64,000 nt of DNA from a virus. A program made the position numbers and the translations under genes. This document shows, one piece after another, positions 10,014 to 17,475 of this stretch. The notes under the pieces were generated by a model that worked only from the letters and a program-made list of their open reading frames with translations, did not search any database and was not told where the DNA came from. Where the stretch lies: IMG/VR virus record IMGVR_UViG_3300029113_000198; one strand, written 5' to 3'. Position 1 is the stretch's first letter, and every line of letters begins with the position of its first letter.

Positions 10014-10034
10014 TAGCTATATAATACAGGATAC
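10014..10034 (+). promoter_or_regulatory. Conserved phage motif copy b (TAGCTATATAATACAGGATAC)
   Basis: Directly after terminator and 30 bp upstream of the 10064 start; shares extended upstream context TTTTAAC(A)CGTTAGCTA with copy d. Confidence 0.6.
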
Positions 10035-10063
10035 AGAAAATAGTATTTGAATGGAGAATAACA

Positions 10064-12136
10064 ATGTCTGATTTCAAGAAATTTCGTGCACTGCTGCAGG
10101 ATCACTTCAATGAGATGGTGAAGGTCGAGAATCCACTGTTTATCACCGATGCAGACGAGGATGAATTGTACAATCTGTACCTCGATAGCTTTCCGGCTGG
10201 CACGAATGAGCTGTTCCGTAAGCGTCGTGAGTATGACTGTTCCTGCTGCCGCCGTTTTGTAAAGAATATCGGCAAGCTGGTGGCGTTTGATGCGGGTCAT
10301 AATCTGGTTTCTATTTGGGATTTCGATGCTAAGTCCGCTAAGTATCAGCCAGTTGTGGACGCTCTGGCTGCCTATGTGAAAAGTCGCGCCATTGCGAATC
10401 CGTATTTTGTTAGCCGCAATATGATCGGTTCTGGCAATATGTTCGGCACCGAGATGAACTACGAGTATGATGAAAACCACAAGGATGTGCATACTTGGGA
10501 TCATTTCGCAGTCAAGATTCCGCAACGTTTCATTACAAGTGGAGATGACGTGGCTACCAAGATGGCTCAATGGCGTGATTCCGCAAACGTGTTCAAGCGT
10601 TCTCTGGAAGAGTTGACTATGGAAGCTGTTGATACCGTTCTGGAACTAATTGTGCAGAACAGTCTGTATCGTGGTAAGGAGTTCGAAAGAGCCGTCAAGG
10701 TATTTAAGATTCACAAGATTGAATACAACAATACTCCGGCTGAGAATAAGGATGCTTATGTTTGGTTGGCTCCTGCGTGGGGCGATATGGGGCAGTTGCG
10801 TATCCGTAATACCGCTATCGGTACTCTGCTGGTGAATCTGAGTGAGGGCATGGATGTTGATGCAGCCGTTACTGCATTCGAAAAAGTTGTTGCTCCTGCA
10901 AATTATAAGCGCCCCAAGGCGATTTTCACCAAGAAGATGCTGGAAGATGCACAGAAAACTGTCACCGAGCTGGGTTACATGAACAGTCTGGGTCGCCGGT
11001 TTGCTACTCTGGACGATATCACCGCCAATAATATCCTGTTTTGTAATCGTGATGCTGCTCCTCGTATTGTTGGTGCTACAAATCCGTTTGAGGCAATGGC
11101 TAAGACTGTTGCGATTGATCCTAAGAAGTTTGGCCGCGCAGAAGAAATTGGCATCGATAAGTTTATCAAAGACGTGTTGCCGACTGCGACTGGGCTGGAG
11201 CTGTTCGTGGAGAATCGTTTCGAGAAGAATATGATGTCTCTGATTGCTCCGCAGGATAAGACTGCGCCGAGCATGTTCAAGTGGCCGAATGGTTTCAGCT
11301 GGGCATATACCGGTAATGTGACCGACAGTCAGATCCGCGAGAACGTCAAGAACGCTGGCGGTAAAGTTGATGGCGTGCTGCGTTTCTCTATTCAGTGGAA
11401 CGATAAGTCGAGCGAGTGGGATGAAAACGATGAGGATGCTCATTGCATTGAACCTGATAAGAATCATATCTATTATGGCGATAAGTGGAATCCTCGTACT
11501 GATGGCCGCCTAGATGTTGATATCCGTTGTCCTAATCAGGGTAAAGCTGCGGTCGAGAATATCACCTGGCCTGACATCAAAAAGATGAAGGAAGGCGAGT
11601 ACAGCTTCTATGTAAACTGCTACGCTAATCGTGGTGGTAAAACTGGTTTCCGTGCTGAAATCGAATTTGATGGCAACATCTACTCGTTTAACTATGATAA
11701 GCCGCTGCATCAGGGTCAGAATGTCGCCGTGGCAAAAGTCACGCTGAAGGATGGCAAATTCTCTATCAAGGAGTTGCTGCCCAGTTCTACTAGAACCCGT
11801 GAGATCTGGGGTGTAAATTCCAATCAGTTCGTGCCTGTGTCTGTGGTGATGTACTCTCCGAACTACTGGGATGAACAGACTGGTAATGGCAACCGTCACT
11901 ACTTCTTCATGCTCAAGGATTGTGTCAACCCTGAAAAGCCCAATGGTTTCTACAACGAATTTCTGAAGGTGGAACTGCTACAGCATAAGCGTGTGTTTGA
12001 GGCACTTGGTTCTCAGATGGCAGTTCAGTCGGTAGATGACCAGCTGTCCGGCGTTGGCTTCTCTGAGACGAAGCATGATTCCTTTATTGTCAAGGTTCAG
12101 GGCGCTACTGAGAGAGTTCTGAAAGTGGTTATCTAA
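10064..12136 (+). CDS. Large hypothetical phage protein (690 aa)
   Basis: Strong RBS, follows motif copy b. No confident family assignment; an internal KVDGVLR resembles ligase motif I but lacks the other ligase motifs. Confidence 0.5.
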   Translation: MSDFKKFRALLQDHFNEMVKVENPLFITDADEDELYNLYLDSFPAGTNELFRKRREYDCSCCRRFVKNIGKLVAFDAGHNLVSIWDFDAKSAKYQPVVDALAAYVKSRAIANPYFVSRNMIGSGNMFGTEMNYEYDENHKDVHTWDHFAVKIPQRFITSGDDVATKMAQWRDSANVFKRSLEELTMEAVDTVLELIVQNSLYRGKEFERAVKVFKIHKIEYNNTPAENKDAYVWLAPAWGDMGQLRIRNTAIGTLLVNLSEGMDVDAAVTAFEKVVAPANYKRPKAIFTKKMLEDAQKTVTELGYMNSLGRRFATLDDITANNILFCNRDAAPRIVGATNPFEAMAKTVAIDPKKFGRAEEIGIDKFIKDVLPTATGLELFVENRFEKNMMSLIAPQDKTAPSMFKWPNGFSWAYTGNVTDSQIRENVKNAGGKVDGVLRFSIQWNDKSSEWDENDEDAHCIEPDKNHIYYGDKWNPRTDGRLDVDIRCPNQGKAAVENITWPDIKKMKEGEYSFYVNCYANRGGKTGFRAEIEFDGNIYSFNYDKPLHQGQNVAVAKVTLKDGKFSIKELLPSSTRTREIWGVNSNQFVPVSVVMYSPNYWDEQTGNGNRHYFFMLKDCVNPEKPNGFYNEFLKVELLQHKRVFEALGSQMAVQSVDDQLSGVGFSETKHDSFIVKVQGATERVLKVVI

Positions 12137-12150
12137 AAGGAGAAATTATT

Positions 12151-12534
12151 ATGGAAAAGAATCTGTTTGAAATCGCAACTCGTAATCGTTACCGTTTTAC
12201 CTACAAGGGCGTCATGACTGTTGAGGATCTGTGGGATCTGAGTGTCGAGGCATTGGATGCGATTTTTAAGACTCTGAACCGTCAGAAGAAAACTGCAGAC
12301 GAAGATTCTTTGCTGGCTGTTAAGAGCGCCGAGGATACTGAACTGGCAAACAAGATCGAGCTGGTCAAGTACATCGTATCTGTCAAGCTGGCTGAATCTG
12401 AGGCTCGTGTGAATGCTGCCGAAAAGAAGGCGCAGCGCGATAAGATCATGAAGATTGTGGCAAAGAAGAAGGACAAGGAACTTGAAGATATGGATGTTGA
12501 CCAGCTGATGAAGAAGCTGGAAGAGTTGAGTTAA
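12151..12534 (+). CDS. Hypothetical charged/coiled-coil protein
   Basis: 127 aa, AGGAG RBS, KE-rich C-terminus. Confidence 0.4.
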   Translation: MEKNLFEIATRNRYRFTYKGVMTVEDLWDLSVEALDAIFKTLNRQKKTADEDSLLAVKSAEDTELANKIELVKYIVSVKLAESEARVNAAEKKAQRDKIMKIVAKKKDKELEDMDVDQLMKKLEELS

Positions 12535-12597
12535 AATAGACATTTTATCGTGATTTTCGTTAAAATAATTAACGAAGTATCGTGATATTTCTTCCTC

Positions 12598-12727
12598 CGA
12601 AAACGCCCTGCGTGGGGCTGACAGCCGGGAAAGACCGGCGATATATGCCAAGGTGCTGCAAATGGGAGACAGGGCGAGCCCAAACCTCGCTGTGGAAACA
12701 CATGCGGTTTCGAATACCGTCCTTGGC
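12598..12727 (+). ncRNA. Candidate structured RNA element (GC-rich, nested and pseudoknot-like helices) upstream of the HNH gene
   Basis: ~130 nt at ~58% GC inside a 40% GC phage. Mutually complementary segments: CGAAAACGC(12598-12606)/GCGGTTTCG(12704-12712), GCCGG-gaaaga-CCGGC (12624-12639), GCCAAGG(12647-53)/CCTTGGC(12721-27), GCGAG-cccaaac-CTCGC (12674-90). No plausible ORF. Confidence 0.3.
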
Positions 12728-12759
12728 ACCAGATAATTTTATGAAGAAAGGATGATTGC

Positions 12760-13443
12760 ATGGTTAATAGGGCAGAAGATCATATTGGTGATGTCTTTGA
12801 TTTGTTTGAGGTGATTGATGTTATTCGAGATGAAAATAATATTCCATCTTACAAATGTCGATGTAAAGAATGTGGATGGACAGGGCTAAAAAATATAGCT
12901 CAGGCGAGAGCGGTTAAAGTGTGTCGGCATAAACAATCGAGTGGCGATTATAGAAATTTTTCTACACGGTGGAAAAACAAAAGAATCGGACGAATCTTTC
13001 ATGGAATGAAAGCAAGATGCTATGATGTTGATGATAAAAACTATATAACGTATGGCATGAAAGGAATTTGTGTTTATCAAGAATGGTTGGATAATCCAAA
13101 GTCATTTGAAGAGTGGTCGTTGAAAAATGGATACAAAGATAGTTTGACAATCGATAGAATTGATTCGACAAAAGATTACTGTCCTGATAATTGCAGATGG
13201 ATATCATTGGAAGATAATTCAAAATATAAATCCACAACTCGAATGTTAGAAGTAGATGGTGAAATACATACGGGACGTGATTGGGCGGCAGAATTAGGGC
13301 TTGGAACAAACACGATAAATAAATATGTAAGAAGATACGGAGAAGATAATACAAAACAATTTATAAGAAGAGTATTAAAGGACCCGGATAAAGTGAATTC
13401 TCGACAAGGGAAACAAACTATCTATAATCTTTACATGAACTAA
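12760..13443 (+). CDS. HNH homing endonuclease (free-standing, phage type)
   Basis: GMKARCYDVDDKNYITYGMKGICVYQEWLDNPKSFEEWSLKNGYKDSLTIDRIDSTKDYCPDNCRWISLEDNS is the classic HNH_3 block; Cys-rich N-terminus. Confidence 0.8.
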   Translation: MVNRAEDHIGDVFDLFEVIDVIRDENNIPSYKCRCKECGWTGLKNIAQARAVKVCRHKQSSGDYRNFSTRWKNKRIGRIFHGMKARCYDVDDKNYITYGMKGICVYQEWLDNPKSFEEWSLKNGYKDSLTIDRIDSTKDYCPDNCRWISLEDNSKYKSTTRMLEVDGEIHTGRDWAAELGLGTNTINKYVRRYGEDNTKQFIRRVLKDPDKVNSRQGKQTIYNLYMN

Positions 13444-13450
13444 ATTGAAA

Positions 13451-13490
13451 TGGCCCAGTGTAAAAACTGAGTACATTGGGCCAAATATTT
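13451..13490 (+). terminator. Rho-independent terminator after HNH gene
   Basis: TGGCCCAGTGTA-aaaactgag-TACATTGGGCCA (12-bp stem, one G-U) followed by AATATTTAT. Confidence 0.65.
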
Positions 13491-13496
13491 ATATGA

Positions 13497-13580
13497 GCAC
13501 CCGTGGTGAAATTGGCAACCACGATGGACTTAAAATCCATTCCCGGTAACGGGTTGCGAGTCCGAGTCTCGCCGGGTGCA
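13497..13580 (+). tRNA. tRNA-Leu (anticodon UAA), type II
   Basis: Manual cloverleaf: acceptor GCACCCG/CGGGTGC, anticodon arm ATGGA-CTTAAAA-TCCAT, variable arm CCCG-GTAA-CGGG, T arm GCGAG-TCCGAGT-CTCGC, discriminator A. Confidence 0.7.
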
Positions 13581-13585
13581 TATTT

Positions 13586-13661
13586 CTGGGCGTAGCGAAG
13601 TTGGCATCGCACCTGTTTTGGGAACAGGGGACCGCAAGTTCAAATCTTGTCGCTCAGACCA
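13586..13661 (+). tRNA. tRNA-Pro (anticodon UGG) with encoded CCA
   Basis: Acceptor CTGGGCG/CGCTCAG (C1:G72 as in bacterial tRNA-Pro), D arm GCGA-AGTTGGCA-TCGC, anticodon arm CCTGT-TTTGGGA-ACAGG, T loop TTCAAAT, then A-CCA. Confidence 0.7.
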
Positions 13662-13664
13662 CTA

Positions 13665-13751
13665 CGAGGATTCGCCAAGTTGGTAAGGCAGCGGAATTTG
13701 ACTCCGCCAGCGCTGAACAAGCGGTCACAGGTTCGAGTCCTGTATCCTCGG
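13665..13751 (+). tRNA. Unusual type-II tRNA: Ser-like body (long variable arm, G discriminator) with anticodon UUG
   Basis: Acceptor CGAGGAT/ATCCTCG perfect; D stem GCC/GGC (3 bp); anticodon arm GCGGA-ATTTGAC-TCCGC; 19-nt variable arm CAGCGCTGAACAAGCGGTC; T arm ACAGG-TTCGAGT-CCTGT; discriminator G. Confidence 0.5.
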
Positions 13752-13758
13752 CTTATAT

Positions 13759-13843
13759 GCGGGTATGGTGTAACTGGCAGCCACGTCAGATTTAGGATCT
13801 GATGCCGAAAGGCGTGAGGGATCGTGCCCCTCTACCCGTACCA
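13759..13843 (+). tRNA. tRNA-Leu (anticodon UAG), type II, with encoded CCA
   Basis: Acceptor GCGGGTA/TACCCGT (G1-U72), anticodon arm TCAGA-TTTAGGA-TCTGA, variable arm GCC-gaaa-GGC, T arm GAGGG-ATCGTGC-CCCTC (atypical T loop), A-CCA. Confidence 0.55.
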
Positions 13844-13942
13844 CGGTCATAGAATGGTTGCGTACCGTTTGTTGATCTCCTTTACTATTATTCCCAGCTC
13901 GCCAGTGATGGTGCAGTAGTGCTTTGTAAGCTGGGTGATTGT

Positions 13943-14018
13943 GCAGCTATGGTGTTAGTGGTTAGCACATCTGCCTTCCAAGCAGAGAGGGCGGGTTCGA
14001 GTCCCGTTGGTTGCTCCA
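13943..14018 (+). tRNA. tRNA-Gly (anticodon UCC) with encoded CCA
   Basis: Acceptor GCAGCTA/TGGTTGC (two G-U pairs), anticodon arm TCTGC-CTTCCAA-GCAGA, T arm GCGGG-TTCGAGT-CCCGT, T-CCA. Confidence 0.6.
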
Positions 14019-14207
14019 ATCTCGTATGGGTAGGATTTTTAGCGGTCAAATCCGGCTGCGCCTGTGCGAGATACCACCCCGAAAGGGGCGAGATATAGGA
14101 AATGTGCATCACTGTTATTCCTTCCTCGTCTATATGATATAGATGCAATAGTGTTTTATAAGGAAGGTGCCCAGTTGAATAGTTGCAGCTGTTTAACTGG
14201 TTTTTAT

Positions 14208-14284
14208 GGGATAGTAGCTCAGTTGGTCAGAGCTGGCGACTCATAACCGCTTGGTCGCGAGTTCAAATCTTGCCTGTCCCACCA
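14208..14284 (+). tRNA. tRNA with CAU anticodon (Met, or Ile2/lysidine type), encoded CCA
   Basis: GGGATAGTAGCTCAGTTGGTCAGAGC...GGCGACTCATAACCGCTTGGTCGCGAGTTCAAATCTTGCCTGTCCCACCA; anticodon-to-T-arm segment closely resembles E. coli ileX (GGCGACTCATAATCGCTTGGTCGC). Confidence 0.7.
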
Positions 14285-14321
14285 ACCCGATAGGGTGAAT
14301 ACATAGAAGGAGTTTTGTAAA

Positions 14322-14993
14322 ATGGCGGATAAATATCTAAGCATTATTACAAATTTTGGGTGCCATTATAAGTGCCCAGAATGTATTGTTCGTAATAATA
14401 ATCTTAAAATGTCACCAACAGATGAACGTTCATCTTGGGGACGGTTAGAAAGTGTCCTTCAAAATATGCCTGACACAAATTGGGTTTCGGTTTCTGGTGG
14501 TGGAGATCCGCTGTTTCATTGGTGGGAACATCAGTTTTGGTGGAAAGGTTTCTTCCATATGTGTCAGCAAGAGAATAGAAAAACGGAATTACATACAAGT
14601 TATTACGATACCGCCTATAATTCTCAGATGCTAATGTTTCCGCTTTATATCTTTGATCGTGTTGTTTACCACTGCCATCATCCAGAAGATCTTGATGATG
14701 TTGGGCGAGTCGGAAGCGAAATCGTTCGTGTTGTTTTCGTTGTTGATGATAGTATGACAGAAGAAATTATCAATGACATTGCAAACTTTGTGAAAACGTC
14801 TGATCAGATTGACGAATTATCTTTTCGACAGAGAATCGATGACCATTATCAGCCGACCTATCATCTGCACGATTTTTTGAAGGCCGGTCATCAGAAGCGC
14901 TGGTGGTATATCGAGCAGTGTGATTACAACACCTACTATCATAACGGTGATTTGTTTACAAAGTACACTGATATCTTTGATAAGTACCAGTAA
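14322..14993 (+). CDS. Radical SAM enzyme (small, QueE/NrdG-size), directly downstream of tRNA cluster
   Basis: NFGCHYKCPEC = CX3CX2C 4Fe-4S motif at residues 14-21; VSVSGGGDPL = glycine-rich SAM-binding motif. 223 aa. Confidence 0.65.
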   Translation: MADKYLSIITNFGCHYKCPECIVRNNNLKMSPTDERSSWGRLESVLQNMPDTNWVSVSGGGDPLFHWWEHQFWWKGFFHMCQQENRKTELHTSYYDTAYNSQMLMFPLYIFDRVVYHCHHPEDLDDVGRVGSEIVRVVFVVDDSMTEEIINDIANFVKTSDQIDELSFRQRIDDHYQPTYHLHDFLKAGHQKRWWYIEQCDYNTYYHNGDLFTKYTDIFDKYQ

Positions 14994-15079
14994 ATAATTC
15001 ATCTAAATCTTTTGTTTTATAGGCGAATTGATAATATGACGTTGATACGTCTATTATTTTTCGCTTATTTTCTGAGATT

Positions 15080-15100
15080 TAGCTATATAACACAGGATAC
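15080..15100 (+). promoter_or_regulatory. Conserved phage motif copy c (TAGCTATATAACACAGGATAC)
   Basis: Immediately upstream of AAAAGGAGG RBS and the GTG 15118 start of the methyltransferase gene. Confidence 0.6.
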
Positions 15101-15117
15101 GAAAAGGAGGTGGTTTG

Positions 15118-16573
15118 GTGAAACATTATGGAAGTATTTGCGAGATTGATGGTTCTAAGATTGAACCTGTCTCGTGTATCACTGGTGGTTCACCTTGTTA
15201 GCCAAGATCTTTCTATTGCCGGTAAGCGGGCAGGTTTGGCTGGAGAACGGTCTGGTCTATTTATGGAAATGATTCGTGTGATAAAAGAAATGAGGGATAC
15301 CACCAATGGAGAATATCCAAAATTTGCAATCTGGGAAAATGTTAGAGGAGCACTCTCCTCAAACAACGGAGAAGACTTCCGATGTGTCTTGGAAGAATTT
15401 GCACACATCGTCGAAGCAGACGCTACAATTCCTAAACCTTCGGAAAAAGGTGGAAAATGGTCTAAATCCGGCGCAATTTCCGGTAATGGATGGTCTTTGG
15501 CATGGAGACTCTTCGATGCTCAATACTGGGGAGTGCCCCAACGTCGTCAAAGAATCGCGCTTGTCATTGATTTTGGAGGACAACGTGCCGCAAAGATATT
15601 ATTTGAGCGCACGGGCGTGCCAGGGAATTCTGACGAGAGCATCCCGACGTGGCAAGGCGCTGCCAGAATTGCTGAAAAATGCATTGTTGGAAATGATCGA
15701 GTGGTGGGAGAAAAAAGCTTTTGTATCGTCGGAAACATGATTGACAGAGAAACCAACATGAATGGGACTGGTGTAAAAGAAGATACTGCTTTCACTATAA
15801 ACACTATTGACCGTAATGCTGTTGCCTACACTTTAAAGATTCGTTCGGGATGCGAAGGCTGTGGCAAAGGCGCACTGGTACAGATCGAGAAGAGCGCAAC
15901 GCTTTCTACATTGCAAGATCAAACGTTAATTTGCTTGGCAGACAACACCTCTTTACATAATTCAAAACAAAAGATTTCCCCGGTGGTGTTTGAGAGCCAT
16001 AGTCAAGATGCTCGATACACCCAGCAAGGTAATACAAGTCCGGCTTGTACGGCTCAATGGGGAACTGGTGGCAATAATATGCCGCTTGTTGCCGAAAAGA
16101 AAGCCTTTGCAATGCAACGCATTGGTGAATACAAGGAAAGTGAACAAGCTAGTACGATGAAATCTCGTGACTACAAGGATGCTACTGGCTTGATTGCAGA
16201 GAAGGAAACGAAGAATCTGCAATGGATTGTTCGTCGTCTGACCCCCGTTGAGTGTGAGCGGCTGCAGGGTTTTCCGAGCGGATGGACTGATATTGGCGAG
16301 TGGGTTGATGAGAATGGTAAAAAGCACAAACCAGCTGATTCTCCTCGTTACAAAGCACTCGGAAACTCGATTGCGTTGCCGCAGTGGCACTGGATTTTCC
16401 AGAAAATGAAGCCGTATATCGGTGAGAATCCTACGCTTGGCAGTCTTTTCGATGGAATCGGTGGCTTTCCGCTTGTCTTTGAAAGTACGTATGGTGATGG
16501 TACTGCTATCTGGGGATCTGAAATTGATAGCTTTTGCGTTGCGGTAACTAAGAAGCATTTTCCAGAAGACTAA
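15118..16573 (+). pseudogene. Cytosine-5 DNA methyltransferase, apparently circularly permuted (motifs III-X then I-II) and requiring a +1 frameshift at the PCQ motif (pseudogene or recoded)
   Basis: GTG 15118 (7 nt after AAAAGGAGG) reads VKHYGSICEIDGSKIEPVSCITGGSPC then hits TAG at 15199. The +1 frame continues QDLSIAGKRAGLAGERSGLF (IV), FAIWENVRG (VI), GVPQRRQRIALV (VIII), RRLTPVECERLQGFPSGWT / ALGNSIALP (IX-X), then MKPYIGENPTLGSLFDGIGGFPLVFE (I) and AIWGSEIDSFCVAVTKKHFPED (II) before the stop. Confidence 0.55.
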
Positions 16574-16610
16574 ATCTCATAAAAGGCTAATTCAAATAAG
16601 AGGCGACACA

Positions 16611-16817
16611 ATGAACAACAAAATTTCTGTCAAAGCAACCATCGATCCCGGTTCTTTGAGTATTCCGGCAAGTCCTATCTTCCAAAAGGAAAAGAATACA
16701 TATCTTTGTCCGTTTTGTGTGACGAAGCTGGAGAAGTTCGAGCGTGAATGTTCTGATTGTCATCGCAAGATGGATTGGAGTAGGTTTACTGAAAAGAAGG
16801 AGGAGATGTTCACTTGA
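16611..16817 (+). CDS. Small zinc-ribbon protein
   Basis: CPFC...CSDC in 68 aa. Confidence 0.3.
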   Translation: MNNKISVKATIDPGSLSIPASPIFQKEKNTYLCPFCVTKLEKFERECSDCHRKMDWSRFTEKKEEMFT

Positions 16818-17475
16818 ATATAGATTTCTTCCAACGGCGCAAGACTCAGCTTGAGGATACTCTTCTTTTGAAAAATCAGGCGGTCGATATGCTTGATTAT
16901 CTAAAGACGCATTGTATCAATAGCGACCAGTATTGTACCATTCGGGATTACATTGAAGAAGCTGCTAAGATTCTGGAGAGTGACCTCGAATACGCAAACA
17001 ACAAGTTGCAATCCGCATTCAGACCTAAGTATGGTCGGAACAACAGACTGACTCGTGTTCAATCTAAAATGTTCCGTGATAGAGAATATTAAAAATGGGG
17101 TGATGCCGCTATGGTGATAAGTAAACATGTTTGTAACTGGTGTGGCAAGGAATATTCCAAGAATCCTTGTGGAGATACAATCTCTATGTATCACGAATTT
17201 GGTTATGAAAGCCCGATATGGGATGGTGCGAAGCTACAGTTCTCTTTGTGCCAGGAGTGCTCCGATAAGTTTGCAGGAGTACTCCGAGCGATGTTTACAT
17301 ACGATCCCATTGAAGATTCTCAGTGTTAACGACCCGAAGGGTTGTTAAATATAAGCCATCAATAAACCAGACGGAGGATAATACATAAAATGAATAGTGC
17401 ATGAATTGATTCAAGACAATAAAAAGAGACATAAGTGATTACAGATGAAACAAAATTACATAAAGGAGACTTGAT

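Noticed and set aside
10064-12136. Calling the 690-aa protein an RNA/DNA ligase because of the internal KVDGVLR
   Set aside because: The motif lies ~430 residues in and is not followed by ligase motifs III-V. The genuine ligase, with a full motif set, is at 33431-34762.
369-12761. Numerous minus-strand ORFs (for example 369-698, 10013-10570, 10646-11467, 12133-12729) inside + strand phage genes
   Set aside because: All overlap longer + strand genes that have RBSs, translational coupling and recognisable domains. The phage is transcribed unidirectionally through this region.
12537-13443. Group I intron carrying the HNH ORF
   Set aside because: The upstream gene ends cleanly with its own stop and the downstream tRNA-Leu(UAA) is intact, so there is no interrupted host gene. 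The helices found do not follow the P3-P7 group I order. Kept only as a generic structured-RNA candidate.
14019-14110. A seventh tRNA between tRNA-Gly and tRNA-CAU
   Set aside because: Acceptor-like pairing exists, but the span between acceptor strands is ~15 nt too short for D, anticodon and T arms. Reported only as a fragment.
13888-14246. Short ORFs on both strands across the tRNA island
   Set aside because: They overlap well-folded tRNA genes. tRNA clusters routinely generate spurious 60-90 aa ORFs.
15306-15740. 144-aa + strand ORF overlapping the methyltransferase gene in another frame
   Set aside because: Entirely internal to the MTase reading frame, which carries the conserved motifs. 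No RBS or motif support.
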